64,000 nucleotides of DNA from the NCBI GenBank assembly GCA_963675525.2, contig CAXXSL010000011.1, positions 320,001 through 384,000 on the forward strand, in the 5' to 3' direction. The stretch comes from Anaerohalosphaeraceae bacterium (GTDB lineage Bacteria > Planctomycetota > Phycisphaerae > Sedimentisphaerales > Anaerohalosphaeraceae). Below the pieces are notes generated by a model. That model was given only the letters and a program-made list of their open reading frames with translations, made no database searches and was not told where the DNA came from. Positions 1-10,839 of the stretch are shown one piece after another. The stretch's first letter is position 1. Each line of letters begins with the position of its first letter. The position numbers were made by a program, and so were the translations under genes.

Positions 1-1089
1 AAGTGTTATTTGCCCTCCAATCGCCTCCTTTTAGACACCATCCGTCGATATGAGGGACGGTTTAAGGTTGCCTTCAGCATCACCGGCGTCATCATGGAGC
101 AGTTTCAAAAATATTGCCCCGAGGTCATGAGTACATTTGACGCCTTAGCTCAAACCGGATGTGTTGAATTCCTGGCAGAAACCTATTATCACAGCCTGAG
201 CTTTTTATATTCCCATGACGAGTTTATTGAACAGGTCAATAAACACAGAGAACTGATCAGCAGATTATACGGCCAGCAGCCTCGTGTCTTTCGCAATACG
301 GAGTTGATCTATAACAATGCACTGGCCGAGACAATCGAAAAAACAGGCTGGTTCGACGCCATCATCACCGAAGGCGCCGATCATGTTCTGGGCTACCGTA
401 ACAGTAATTTTGTCTATCGCCCGCCAAATTGCCAGCGGCTCAAACTGCTATTGAAAAATTATTCGCTCAGTGATGATATCGCCTTTCGCTTCAGTAATCG
501 AGGATGGGCCGAATACCCGCTGATGGCCGATAAATTCGCTCAGTGGATCAACCGTGTCAACGGCAACGGTCAATGCGTCAACCTGTTTATGGACTATGAA
601 ACGTTCGGTGAGCACCAATGGGAGGATACCGGGATTTTCGATTTCATGTATCATCTCCCCGAAGAACTCCTCAAGCACCCGGACAATAATTTTATGACAC
701 CCGGCGAACTCGCTGAAACCTATGAGTCGGTCGACACGGTCGATATCCCGCATATTATCAGTTGGGCCGACACCGAGCGGGATCTTTCCGCTTGGCTGGG
801 CAATGCCATGCAGTCTAATGCACTGCATGAAATTTACAAAATCGAGAAACTCATCAAGCAAACTCGAAACGAAGAACTGATTGCCGATTGGCGGCGGATG
901 CAGACGTCCGACCACTTTTATTATATGTGTACGAAATACTTCGCTGACGGCGATGTCCATAAATACTTCAACCCATACGAATCCCCTTATGATTCTTACA
1001 TCAATTTCATGAATGTTTTAAGTAATCTCCGGGAACGCTGTAATCAATCGTTTCTCAAAAACGAACGGCCTTTGGGAAAAACATCTTAA
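1..1089 (+). CDS. GH57 family glycoside hydrolase (alpha-amylase type), 5'-truncated by the window edge
   Basis: Frame is open from base 1 (KCYLP...). GH57 motifs ETYYHSL, FRNTEL, LFMDYETFGEH, QTSDHFYYM. Confidence 0.9.
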   Translation, partial: KCYLPSNRLLLDTIRRYEGRFKVAFSITGVIMEQFQKYCPEVMSTFDALAQTGCVEFLAETYYHSLSFLYSHDEFIEQVNKHRELISRLYGQQPRVFRNTELIYNNALAETIEKTGWFDAIITEGADHVLGYRNSNFVYRPPNCQRLKLLLKNYSLSDDIAFRFSNRGWAEYPLMADKFAQWINRVNGNGQCVNLFMDYETFGEHQWEDTGIFDFMYHLPEELLKHPDNNFMTPGELAETYESVDTVDIPHIISWADTERDLSAWLGNAMQSNALHEIYKIEKLIKQTRNEELIADWRRMQTSDHFYYMCTKYFADGDVHKYFNPYESPYDSYINFMNVLSNLRERCNQSFLKNERPLGKTS

Positions 1090-1125
1090 TTTCGACATGG
1101 GTTCACGGTTCAACAGGGATAAAGA

Positions 1126-3144
1126 ATGCTGACACAGAAAGATTCGGATAGCACAGCCATCGCCGTTTCGATACAAGGCAAGCCGATAGATTCATTGCTG
1201 GATAAGGAATGGTTGCTGACGAACAGCCGCGGCGGATTTGCTTCCGGAACGGTTGTCGGGTGTAACACCCGGCGTTATCACGGACTGCTGATAGGCACGC
1301 ATGCTCCTCCTGCCAATCGAATTGCCGCGTTTTCCAACTGTCTCGATACGATTACCTGCCAGGATCGTGCCTTTTCGCCCAGTTGTTTCGAATTTGATCA
1401 CACCCTTCATCCGACGGGTTATAAACATCTTCTCGAATTTCGCAAAGGCCTCGGTGTTCATTTTGAATACGACCTTGACGTTACCAATCTGACCAAATCG
1501 ATCTATCTGCTGCCAGACAGCGATATCGTTGCGGTGGTTTATGAGTTCTCCGATGTCAGAAGGGTCTTTGATTTTTCCGTTCGTCCGTTTGCGGCAATGC
1601 GGGACTTCCATGCCTTGCAGTATTCCAGCACCCCCCTGAATTCCGTCTGGGATGAATACATCTTATCTGTCTCCGGCCAGGATGCCGGTTTAGGGCAATT
1701 GGCATTTCGATGCGAATCGATGCGTTTCGAGCAGCAACCCCAGTGGTGGCACCATTTTCTTTACCGGGCCGAACGCCAGCGAGGACAGGAGTGTTTTGAA
1801 GACCTTTGGTCCCCCGGGCAATATAAATGTACCGTTGACGGGCCTCAGCGAATAATTCTCTGGGCGGGGCTTTTCGAAGACGAACGGAGTCGACAGATCA
1901 TCGGCGAAATGGACCTGGAAACTGCCATCGATGCGATCGCTCTCAACGAAAAGGAGCAACTGGCCAATGCTATCTCGGCGGACCCTGTCACCCAGAAACT
2001 AACTCTGGCAGCCGGACAATTTGTCATCGAACGAAAGATCAAAGATGAAGTTACACCAACAATTCTGGCGGGTTATCCCTGGTTTTTGGACTGGGGGCGC
2101 GATACGTTTATCTCCCTTGAAGGAATTTGCTTGTCCACGGGCCACTATGACATCGCCTGGGGAGTACTGAAAACCTTTGCCAAAGCTGTCAGCGAGGGCA
2201 TGATCCCGAACCGCTTCGATGACTACGGCAATGAACCACACTATAACAGCATCGATGCATCGCTGTGGTTTGTTCATGCCGCCTTCCAATACTTAAAAGT
2301 GACCGGAGACCAGCAAAATTTCTGCGTTAAACTCCTGCCCGCCGTAAAGTGGATCATGGATTCCTATCGAAAAGGCACACGATTCGGAATCCATGCCGAC
2401 AAAGACAAACTCATCACCGGCGGCGACATCGATACTCAGTTGACATGGATGGATGCCAAGCACGGCGGAATCACATTTACACCACGCTATGGAAAAGCAA
2501 TCGAGATCAACGCCCTCTGGTACAGTAATCTGTGCCATTTGGCAGAATTCTACCGCAATAAGGATGGCGATGACCAGCACTTTTACCGTGAAACCTCCGA
2601 GCAGGTTCGGCTCAGTTTTCAGGAATTGTTCTGGAATGAGTCAAAGGGGTATCTGAACGATTGTATCCTCCCCACAGGAAAAGCCGATACAAGCCTTCGC
2701 CCCAATCAGATATTCGCCGTTTCGCTGCCGTTTACACCGCTGAATATCAGTCAGGCCAAAAAGGTCGTGGATATCATCGAAAAAGAACTCTTAACACCCT
2801 ACGGCCTGCGGTCACTGAGTCCCAGTGATCCGCGGTATAAATCACACTGTACCGGTTCCATGGCCCAGCGAGATGCCGCCTATCATCAGGGAACGGTTTG
2901 GGGGTGGCTGATCGGCCCCTTCGTGCAGGCCTACCTGAAAACCCACGGCTCCAGCCCAATAACCAACCGCAGTTGCAGAGGATTTCTCAACCCGCTGATA
3001 CAGCATTTAGAACAGGACGGTTGCCTTGGCAGTATCTCCGAGATATTCGACGGCGAAAAACCCCATCGTCCCCGCGGCACCTTCGCACAGGCCTGGTCGG
3101 TCGCCGAGGTCTTGCGCACATGGAAAATGGTCCAGGACAAGTAA
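1126..3144 (+). CDS. Glycogen debranching enzyme / amylo-alpha-1,6-glucosidase
   Basis: N-terminal EWLLTNSRGGFASGT...TRRYHGLL; ILAGYPWFLDWGRDTFISL; QLTWMDAK; YHQGTVWGWL; SISEIFDG...QAWSVAE. Confidence 0.92.
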   Translation: MLTQKDSDSTAIAVSIQGKPIDSLLDKEWLLTNSRGGFASGTVVGCNTRRYHGLLIGTHAPPANRIAAFSNCLDTITCQDRAFSPSCFEFDHTLHPTGYKHLLEFRKGLGVHFEYDLDVTNLTKSIYLLPDSDIVAVVYEFSDVRRVFDFSVRPFAAMRDFHALQYSSTPLNSVWDEYILSVSGQDAGLGQLAFRCESMRFEQQPQWWHHFLYRAERQRGQECFEDLWSPGQYKCTVDGPQRIILWAGLFEDERSRQIIGEMDLETAIDAIALNEKEQLANAISADPVTQKLTLAAGQFVIERKIKDEVTPTILAGYPWFLDWGRDTFISLEGICLSTGHYDIAWGVLKTFAKAVSEGMIPNRFDDYGNEPHYNSIDASLWFVHAAFQYLKVTGDQQNFCVKLLPAVKWIMDSYRKGTRFGIHADKDKLITGGDIDTQLTWMDAKHGGITFTPRYGKAIEINALWYSNLCHLAEFYRNKDGDDQHFYRETSEQVRLSFQELFWNESKGYLNDCILPTGKADTSLRPNQIFAVSLPFTPLNISQAKKVVDIIEKELLTPYGLRSLSPSDPRYKSHCTGSMAQRDAAYHQGTVWGWLIGPFVQAYLKTHGSSPITNRSCRGFLNPLIQHLEQDGCLGSISEIFDGEKPHRPRGTFAQAWSVAEVLRTWKMVQDK

Positions 3145-3161
3145 CCCCTTACTGGCCACCT

Positions 3162-4028
3162 TTACTGCGTCTTACGGCGAGTCCAGTGCTGACGATCCAT
3201 AAGAATGATAACTTTTTGAAATGTTTCCGGTGTCAACTTTTCCTGCAGCCTGTTTCGTGCCTCTACGACACCGGTTCGGTGAGTCAGATGGGTGATGATA
3301 ATGTGTTCGTTCTCCATCCGCTCCAGCAACGGAGCAAATTCATCGATATGCATATGCTTGCCCGCATCGGCACGCTCGGCATGCTCATCTTCAAAGAAGG
3401 TACACTCCGCGATCAATAGTTTGCTTTGGGACACATAGTCCAGTTGCGAATAGTCCACATACTGCGTATCGCCAAGATAGCTGACAAGTGGTATTTCGAT
3501 GTTGTTTTCGATCGTCACGCCCTGCTTCTTGAGTTTCACGATTTCCGGACCGCTTAAACCAACGTATTCTTCCTTGAGCTTCTTTCGCGTTTCAAGCAGG
3601 GTATAACCGACCGACTGACGAGTGTGCTTGGTTGGAAAAACTCGCGCGATCAAATTCGGCTTAATTCGATATTCATCGCCGGGTTCGGCAGACACAATCT
3701 TGACCGGGATGAAACTACCGTCCAATCGACCCCACGCGTCCAGTATCTGTCGGATGTTCTGAACCGTGTTCGGAGGCGTCAAAACAGTGCCATCGCTCAT
3801 GCCGTTGAACTTTCGATGTGACAGATAATACGCAATTCCCGCAGCATGGTCCATGTGTCCGTGCGTCAGCAGCAGATGGCCGATGGAGATCAACTGATCC
3901 GGGGCCTTACCGATATCAAAACACACATCCAACTGCGGCAGACCGATTACCGTCTCCTCGCCGGCAACCGAGTAACCAAGGATTTCCATGTCGTCAATTT
4001 CAAGTCTTGCTAAATAATGACTGGGCAT
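3162..4028 (-). CDS. MBL-fold metallohydrolase, short (TM-type) RNase Z-like
   Basis: GYSVAGEET, FDIG, THGHMDH metal motif, GDT, ECTF, H-H near C-terminus. Start moved to ATG 4028 (MPSHYL). Confidence 0.75.
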   Translation of the reverse strand: MPSHYLARLEIDDMEILGYSVAGEETVIGLPQLDVCFDIGKAPDQLISIGHLLLTHGHMDHAAGIAYYLSHRKFNGMSDGTVLTPPNTVQNIRQILDAWGRLDGSFIPVKIVSAEPGDEYRIKPNLIARVFPTKHTRQSVGYTLLETRKKLKEEYVGLSGPEIVKLKKQGVTIENNIEIPLVSYLGDTQYVDYSQLDYVSQSKLLIAECTFFEDEHAERADAGKHMHIDEFAPLLERMENEHIIITHLTHRTGVVEARNRLQEKLTPETFQKVIILMDRQHWTRRKTQ

Positions 4029-4168
4029 TTGTTTACCTTTATCTAAACATTTTATCGTAGGTAAAATATTCGCCGCTGTCAATTTTTTTTGAAAACCTAT
4101 AAGGTCCCTACAAGCCAGGAAAGCGGCCATTCATGACAATACTGTTATCCGGAGAAACCTGTGCGCAT

Positions 4169-4203
4169 AAGAAAGGCCCTGCCGATGCAGAGCCTTTTCG
4201 TTT
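4169..4203 (-). terminator. Rho-independent terminator after the cold-shock gene
   Basis: Minus-strand hairpin AAGGCTCTGC-ATCG-GCAGGGCCTT followed by TCTT; A/T runs on both sides. Confidence 0.7.
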
Positions 4204-4220
4204 CTTAGCGTGTTGTATGG

Positions 4221-4424
4221 TTAGGCAGGGACCACATTGTTTGCACACGGGCCTTTTTTGCCTTCGCCGACTTCATAGGTGACTTTCTGATTTTCATCGA
4301 GGGTGGCATAGCCTTCCGTCTTAATCTCTGAATGGTGGACGAACAAATCGTTGCCGCCGTCATCCGGAGTGATGAAACCATAACCCTTACTCGCATTGAA
4401 CCACTTTACTGTACCTGTGCTCAC
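4221..4424 (-). CDS. cspA: Cold-shock protein (CspA family)
   Basis: [43 protein letters not shown] before the GTG start; AT-rich upstream region. Confidence 0.93.
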   Translation of the reverse strand: MSTGTVKWFNASKGYGFITPDDGGNDLFVHHSEIKTEGYATLDENQKVTYEVGEGKKGPCANNVVPA

Positions 4425-4790
4425 TGTTACTACTCCTTGACCTTCTTAGGCCGTTTAACTGTATCTCTCGATTTAAGTTAATTGGAAGAATATTTCTGAG
4501 AGATGAAAAAATATACTTCTTTAAACTGGTAATATTATCGGCAATAAACACATCAAATGCACGAAAAAAAACAAATAAATCCCAGGCTTTTTTTAAAAAA
4601 AACACATTTTTTGTTAAAAAAACGCGTCTTTACTTACTTTTTATGCTGTTTTGTTAGTTCTATAAACTCAAAATCTTTACCGGGCCTCTCTTAAAATGGA
4701 CTAATACATTCGCATATACGTTCGCTCGAATACCTGCAGCGAACGACGACCAGCCCGTCTGCAAACAAGATGTTCTGCTTCAGTAATGCG

Positions 4791-6671
4791 TTATATCTGC
4801 CCATCGCTCTCCGGCGAGGATGATTCACCTGCAGGAACTTCTTCTGCTTCGGAGTTAGGATTGGCGGCATCCTCGGCGGCCTTACGATTTGCTTGTTCCG
4901 CCGCTCTCCTCTGTCTGGCTTCTTCGTCAGCCTTCTTACGGGCCTCTTCTTCGGCCTGACGAGCGGTCTCTTGTGCATTCTTCAACTGCTGCTGAGCCTC
5001 TTGGGCCTGCTGTTGAAGCTGTAGGGCTTTCTGCTCGGCTTTTGTCGACTTTAGTGTCGCCTCATCCGCTTCCTGGCGGGCTTTTTGGGCAGCCTCGATC
5101 GCCTGTTGTTTCTGCTGTTCTAATTGTTCGGCTTTTTCCTTCTCGGTCTGCGTTTGATTCTGGGCAGCTGCCGCTTCTTCGGCCGCTTTTTGGGACTCCT
5201 CAAGAGTCCGTTGAGCCTTTTTCTGCAGGTTCTGAGCCTGCATTTTCAATGCTTTTGCCTTCTCAGCGGCCAGATCAGCCCGCTCTTTTTCAGATTGCGC
5301 CTCCATCTGAGCCTTCTCCAGTTCCAGCTCTGCCTGAACACGTTCTAATTCCGCACCCGTGGCTTCTTTTTCAAGCACATCGGTATAAGCGTCTTTGGCA
5401 AAAGGCCCTATCATCTCGGCCGTCATTCCCTTCTTGTATTCCGGCTCGGCATATTGGTTGCGGATTTGCTCGACCATCTCGCTGTTCTCTATGCCGCCGG
5501 AGGAAATACTCGGCGTCAGGATAAAAATGATCTCCGTCCCTTTTTCTTCAAAATCCTTGCTCGAAAACAGAACGCCCAGAAGCGGCAGGTCTTTCAAAAA
5601 CGGAATCCCCCGAACGACCGAGCGTTTCTCGCTTTTTCGCATGCCGCCGATGATCAGACTTTTCCCCGGCTCAACTCGGTTCTCCTCCACATTGATCGAA
5701 CGCTCGGTAATAATGGCACGCTGAACAACACCCTCCGGCTTGGAACGCGAACCAATCTTAATATCCGTGGTCAAACCGATGGAACCGTCCGAATAGACAT
5801 ACGGCGTCACCGTCAGGGTGTTTTCAACCCAGACATATGTGGTAATGTTATACACACTGCTGCTGCCGGCGTTACCGGTCTTGACTTCCTCGATGGGAGC
5901 ATAGTCCCTGATGGTCACCGTGGCTTTCTGCCCATTGATGGTTTCCAGTTGGGGATTGAGCAGTATTTTCAAATACCCGCGAGACACCAGCACATCCACA
6001 ATCGCCCGTACCTGGTGCCCCTCAACCCCCTGATCGATCCAGTACCCGAAATCAAGTCCGAAATTGGAACGTTCTGCCTCCCGCAGGGAAGCCCCTGGAA
6101 AAGCCGGGGCCAAACCCGTTAATACGCCGTTGTCAAATGTTCCCCGTGCCTCCCCCAATGTCACCTCTTCTCCCAGTAAATTCTCCACCAGAATTGAGGT
6201 TTCCCAGTCCATTGTGATATCTCCAAATCGTTCAAGAATCAAGCAATCAACGTTGACCTGAACGGGAGCGACATCGATCAACTCCAGATACTGCTGAACT
6301 GCATCCGCCTGGGCATCGTCTTTGCAGTAGGCCACCACCTGATTGGTTGCCGGGTTAATCGTGGACTGCACATCCATCTGTTGGGCCACCAGCGCCGCCA
6401 AATCAGCAACAGGATGATGTTTCGCAAAATAAAATACCTTGACCCCGCCTTTGATCGACAATCGCTCGGTCGGCTGCCGATAAACGGCCGGCAAAGGATT
6501 ATCGGTATGCGGACTTTCCCGAACCTGCCCCAACTCTTCAAGGATCGCTTTGGATTCGATCTCAGTTGGTTTTTCAGCAAAAAAATCACCGCAGCCACTG
6601 ATGATCGGCAAAATAAATGCCAATAGAATCAACCGGCTAAACTCTATATATGCTGTTTTTCTTCGTCTCAT
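4791..6671 (-). CDS. Lipoprotein secretin (GspD/PilQ superfamily) with long C-terminal A/Q/E/K-rich coiled-coil tail, paralog 2
   Basis: Lipobox ISGC; N3-like segment (NPATNQVV); secretin core QVNVDCLILE...LETINGQKATV...GIPFLKDLPLLGVLFSS...EIIFILTP. Start moved to ATG 6671 (6701 possible). Confidence 0.8.
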   Translation of the reverse strand: MRRRKTAYIEFSRLILLAFILPIISGCGDFFAEKPTEIESKAILEELGQVRESPHTDNPLPAVYRQPTERLSIKGGVKVFYFAKHHPVADLAALVAQQMDVQSTINPATNQVVAYCKDDAQADAVQQYLELIDVAPVQVNVDCLILERFGDITMDWETSILVENLLGEEVTLGEARGTFDNGVLTGLAPAFPGASLREAERSNFGLDFGYWIDQGVEGHQVRAIVDVLVSRGYLKILLNPQLETINGQKATVTIRDYAPIEEVKTGNAGSSSVYNITTYVWVENTLTVTPYVYSDGSIGLTTDIKIGSRSKPEGVVQRAIITERSINVEENRVEPGKSLIIGGMRKSEKRSVVRGIPFLKDLPLLGVLFSSKDFEEKGTEIIFILTPSISSGGIENSEMVEQIRNQYAEPEYKKGMTAEMIGPFAKDAYTDVLEKEATGAELERVQAELELEKAQMEAQSEKERADLAAEKAKALKMQAQNLQKKAQRTLEESQKAAEEAAAAQNQTQTEKEKAEQLEQQKQQAIEAAQKARQEADEATLKSTKAEQKALQLQQQAQEAQQQLKNAQETARQAEEEARKKADEEARQRRAAEQANRKAAEDAANPNSEAEEVPAGESSSPESDGQI

Positions 6672-6708
6672 ATACGTCTCAGTTTGGGGCCTGCTCGCCA
6701 TCAAGTTC

Positions 6709-8451
6709 CTAATCGCCAGACGGCTGGCCTTTCTCAAAATCCTGAATCTGCTTACGAATAGCCTCTGCTTGTCGGCGTGTCTCTTTAACCTGCCTGGTAA
6801 GTTCATTGGCCTTGCGCTCGGCCTTTTCCAGTTCTTCCTGGGCCTTTTGAGCCTGGGCTTTGGCCGCTTCGGCCTCTTTGGCAGCTTTTTCTATTTCCGC
6901 ATAAGTCTGTGACATTTTCGCCTGCTGGGCCTGGGCCTCCTTGGCGGCTGCTTCGGTCTGAGATTCTGAGGCCTTCTTCTGAGCCTGGGCCTTGTCGACC
7001 ATGGCTTGGGCCTGCCGGGCCTGAACACGCATCGCCTCGGCCTCAAGAGCTGCCTCTTCTGCACGAAGCCGCTGTTGCTGGGCCAGCCGGTTGACTTCCG
7101 CCGTCTGGACCTGCAGCCTAATTTTTTCCGATTCCGCAGCATCAGCCTCTTTACCGACAAGATCGGAATAAGCCTTTGTTCCCATCGGATCAGTCATCAA
7201 CTCATCCCAATCGGACACTTGCGATGACGATTCAAACTTCTCCCTGACCATATCGGCCATAAGCTGATAATCCATGCCCCCGGAAGAGATGCTCGGCGTC
7301 AGGATAAAAACGATCTCGGTCGCATTCTCTTCAAAATCCTTGCTCGAGAACAAAATCCCGATCAGAGGAAGGTCCTTAAAAAACGGTACACCACGGACCA
7401 CCGAGCGATTTTCCGCCTTCCGCATCCCCCCGATCACAAGACTTTTTCCCGGTTCGATCCGGTTTTCCGCGATATCAATCGAGCGTTCCGTGATAATGGA
7501 TGTCTGAACAACCCCTTCCGGCTTGGATTTGGAACCGATCACAATATTGGTCTTCAGCCCGATCGAACCATCCGCATAAACATAAGGCGTTACCGTCAAC
7601 GTATCCGATACATCTTTATAATCCGTAACGGAATACACATTATTTCTTTCCGTCACCGTTTTCTCAACCGGCGCACGATCCTTGATCTGAACCCGCGCCG
7701 ACTTGCCGTTCACAGTTTCCAGCGTGGGATTCATCAGGATTTTCAGATAACCGCGGGACTCCAGCATGTCCACCACCGCGCGAACCTGATGGCCGGGAAT
7801 CCCCTGATTCATCCAGTAACCGAAATCCAGACCGAACTCCCCCCGCCGGCTTTCCCGCAGTGCCGCGCCCGGAAAGACTGGGTTAGGATACTTGCTTTCC
7901 CCCAGCGTGATTTCCTGGCCGAATAAGTTCTCTATCAGCAGCGTCGTTTCCCAGTCCTTGGTCACATCTCCGAACCGCTCCAGAATCAGACAATCAACAT
8001 GCACCTGGATTGGCGGCACATCCGTCTTGGCAAGATACGACAGCACCTGATCGCATTCGGCATCATCGGCGCAATGAATAATTAACTGGTTCGTACTCGG
8101 ATTACTGCTGACCTTGAACCCCAGATCCCGGATTGTCCCCCCGTACCCCTGCATCTTCTTTTCCAGATTCTTATCTTTATGCGAAAAATTCAGATCCCCC
8201 ACCGGCATGTATTTCGTGAAATAGAAAAGTTTCACCCCGTCGGCAACCTTCAGTCGTTGCGGGCCGTCCTGATAAACCTGCGGTAGCGGATTGCCGATAT
8301 TCGGGTTTTCTCGCACACGGCTGATGTCACGAATCACCGCTTTCGATTCGACTTCGGTGCTTTTTTTCTCAAAAAGGTCGCCGCACCCCCCCAATACCAC
8401 AGACAGACCACATCCGGCGGCTATCATTAAGATTGATTTAATAAACGTCAT
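6709..8451 (-). CDS. Lipoprotein secretin with C-terminal coiled-coil tail, paralog 1
   Basis: Lipobox LGGC; NPSTNQLII; QVHVDCLILE...LETVNGKSARV...GVPFFKDLPLIGILFSS...EIVFILTP. Colinear with the downstream paralog. Confidence 0.8.
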   Translation of the reverse strand: MTFIKSILMIAAGCGLSVVLGGCGDLFEKKSTEVESKAVIRDISRVRENPNIGNPLPQVYQDGPQRLKVADGVKLFYFTKYMPVGDLNFSHKDKNLEKKMQGYGGTIRDLGFKVSSNPSTNQLIIHCADDAECDQVLSYLAKTDVPPIQVHVDCLILERFGDVTKDWETTLLIENLFGQEITLGESKYPNPVFPGAALRESRRGEFGLDFGYWMNQGIPGHQVRAVVDMLESRGYLKILMNPTLETVNGKSARVQIKDRAPVEKTVTERNNVYSVTDYKDVSDTLTVTPYVYADGSIGLKTNIVIGSKSKPEGVVQTSIITERSIDIAENRIEPGKSLVIGGMRKAENRSVVRGVPFFKDLPLIGILFSSKDFEENATEIVFILTPSISSGGMDYQLMADMVREKFESSSQVSDWDELMTDPMGTKAYSDLVGKEADAAESEKIRLQVQTAEVNRLAQQQRLRAEEAALEAEAMRVQARQAQAMVDKAQAQKKASESQTEAAAKEAQAQQAKMSQTYAEIEKAAKEAEAAKAQAQKAQEELEKAERKANELTRQVKETRRQAEAIRKQIQDFEKGQPSGD

Positions 8452-8720
8452 TTAGCATCTTAAATAAACACTGTTGGTTATGTCGCAGTATAGATGAAAT
8501 CGCTTCACGTCCCTGCATTCGTTTATCGGCAATGGTCGGGTTTTTTCTAAAACGAAAAAAAATCACCACCGTTTCTAATTGCTGCATCCAAGCCCCTCTT
8601 TTATCTATACTTTTATACGTTTTTCGATACCATTGATATTGCATTTTCTTATAAGAAATAGTGCTTTCATGCACAACATTCTTTATGGATTTTTGTGCTA
8701 TTTTTTGCTATTCTCTGGCA

Positions 8721-10076
8721 ATGATGACAAAAACCAACAAAAAGCCGCCCGTCACCGTCGGTTTTGTGGCTCTCGGATGCCCTAAAAACATGGTGGACAG
8801 CGAATCCATGCTCGCCCGCATTGGTCAGGCCGACTATATTCTCAGCCCGGACCCCGACAACGCCGACGTCTGCGTCATCAACACCTGCGGCTTCATCGCC
8901 CCGGCCAAAGAGGAGGCTCTGGAGGCCATCCGGCAAGCCGTTCGCCAAAAGAAAGCCGGCTGCATCCGAAAGATCGTCGTCACAGGTTGTCTATCCGAAC
9001 GGATGGGCGAAGCACTCGCCGCCGAGGTCCCCGGCATCGATGCCGTCGTCGGACTCGGCCAGCGTGATCGCATCGCCGAGATTATCGCCGACTGCCTGAA
9101 CGCCAAAAAGGCCCGTCCCGCGAAAACCTACATGGAATCCGCGGGCATCGATATCCACGACGACCGAGGCCGCCTGCTCATTACCCCGCAGCACTGGGCC
9201 TACCTCCGCATCAGCGAAGGCTGCGACCGCAAATGCACCTTCTGCACCATCCCCGCCATCCGCGGCCGCTTCCGAAGCAAACCGATGGCGATGGTCCTGA
9301 ACGAGGCGAAGGAACTGGTCGATTTCGGGGCTGTCGAGCTGAGCCTTATCGCCCAGGACAGCAACTATTACGGCAAAGACACAAGCCTCAAAAACGGGCT
9401 GTCAACCCTCATCTGCGAGATGGAAAAGCTCTCGGCCCTCAAATGGCTCCGGCTGATGTACCTCTATCCGGCGGGCATCGACAACGACCTCATCCAAACC
9501 TTCGCTGACAGCGAAAAGGTCGTCCCCTATATCGACATGCCCATCCAGCACATCAATAACGACATCCTGAAATCGATGCGCCGCGCCGACACTAAAGAAC
9601 ACTCCGTCTCGCTCATCGAGAAACTCCGCGCAGCCATACCCGGCGTGACCCTGCGCACCACCATCATCACCGGCTACCCCGGCGAGAGCGACCAGCAGTT
9701 CGCCGAATTGCTGGACTTTGTCAAATGGGCACAGTTTGACGCCCTCGGTTGTTTCCCGTTTTTTGCCGAACCCGGCACCCCCGCCGCCGACATGCCAGGC
9801 CAGGTTCCCGACGACATCAAGGACGAACGCACCGACCGCCTCATGAGCCTCCAGCAGACCATCATCTTTGACAAGATGGATTCGCAAATCGGTGGCGAGC
9901 GGATCGTACTTGTCGATGAGGTCGACGACAATGGCGCGATCGGCCGTCACGCCGGACAGGCCCCCCACGTCGACAGCATCTGCCGAATCGAAAACTGCGC
10001 CGCCCGCCCCGGCCAATTCATCCAAACCAAAATAACCAGTCGCGACGACTACGACTTTATCGTGAATCCGGTATAA
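8721..10076 (+). CDS. rimO: Ribosomal protein S12 methylthiotransferase RimO
   Basis: LGCPKNMVDSE, INTCGFI, radical SAM CDRKCTFC in YLRISEGC, RLMYLYP, C-terminal TRAM with APHVD. Confidence 0.95.
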   Translation: MMTKTNKKPPVTVGFVALGCPKNMVDSESMLARIGQADYILSPDPDNADVCVINTCGFIAPAKEEALEAIRQAVRQKKAGCIRKIVVTGCLSERMGEALAAEVPGIDAVVGLGQRDRIAEIIADCLNAKKARPAKTYMESAGIDIHDDRGRLLITPQHWAYLRISEGCDRKCTFCTIPAIRGRFRSKPMAMVLNEAKELVDFGAVELSLIAQDSNYYGKDTSLKNGLSTLICEMEKLSALKWLRLMYLYPAGIDNDLIQTFADSEKVVPYIDMPIQHINNDILKSMRRADTKEHSVSLIEKLRAAIPGVTLRTTIITGYPGESDQQFAELLDFVKWAQFDALGCFPFFAEPGTPAADMPGQVPDDIKDERTDRLMSLQQTIIFDKMDSQIGGERIVLVDEVDDNGAIGRHAGQAPHVDSICRIENCAARPGQFIQTKITSRDDYDFIVNPV

Positions 10077-10211
10077 GGCTTGAGACTCGAGTTCTGTGTT
10101 TTTGTTTCATCTTTTAATATTTGAATTTGGACCTTGTTTGGAATTTAGTGGTTGGAAATCGAAATTTCCTGTCTTGCCCGCAGGCCCAAAGCCGGTTATA
10201 ATCCAAGCAAT

Positions 10212-10832
10212 ATGGAAGACGTAAACAAAAAAGGCGTTATCCGGCACGTTCCCAACGCCCTGACCGTCGGGCGGCTGGTGATGACCGTCGTCATCATGGC
10301 TCTTATCATCCACGCCCCGTCCGTCGGCGACAAGCCCGCCGATCTGCTGCTCGGTGCCTTCATACTCTTCGTCATCACCGGCCTGACCGACATCGTAGAC
10401 GGCTACCTGGCCCGTAAGTTCGAGGTCACCAGCAAGTTCGGCCGCACCGTGGACCCCCTCGCCGACAAATTCCTCGTCTGTGGGGCCTTTTTCTGCTTTG
10501 CCTGGGTCAACCAGCCGAAAATGGCTTGTTTCGGCTTCTCCGAAATGACGCTCGATGTGATTCGCTGGGGTACGGCTATCATCATTTTCGCTCGCGAGAT
10601 CATCGTCCAGACACTCCGCCACATCGCCGAAAGCCGCGGCGTTCAGTTCGGTGCTATCTGGTCCGGCAAACTCAAAATGTTCCTTCAGTCATTCGGCATC
10701 GGAACCGTCATCATCGGTTGGGCCTATGTCTCACGCCCTTGGGGCGATTGGTTCACCATCATCACCTACGCCCTGATGGTGTTCATGACAGTCTTCTCTG
10801 GCATCCAATCATTAACCCGCAGGATAAAATAA
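10212..10832 (+). CDS. pgsA: CDP-diacylglycerol--glycerol-3-phosphate 3-phosphatidyltransferase
   Basis: PNALTVGR; TDIVDGYLARK...G...DPLADK CDP-alcohol motif; GKLKM; usual rimO-pgsA synteny. Confidence 0.85.
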   Translation: MEDVNKKGVIRHVPNALTVGRLVMTVVIMALIIHAPSVGDKPADLLLGAFILFVITGLTDIVDGYLARKFEVTSKFGRTVDPLADKFLVCGAFFCFAWVNQPKMACFGFSEMTLDVIRWGTAIIIFAREIIVQTLRHIAESRGVQFGAIWSGKLKMFLQSFGIGTVIIGWAYVSRPWGDWFTIITYALMVFMTVFSGIQSLTRRIK

Positions 10833-10839
10833 CAGCTCA

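Noticed and set aside
6672..6806. Long overlap between the two secretin ORFs
   Set aside because: It comes from the longest-ORF start. Signal peptide and lipobox spacing favour ATG 6671 or 6701.
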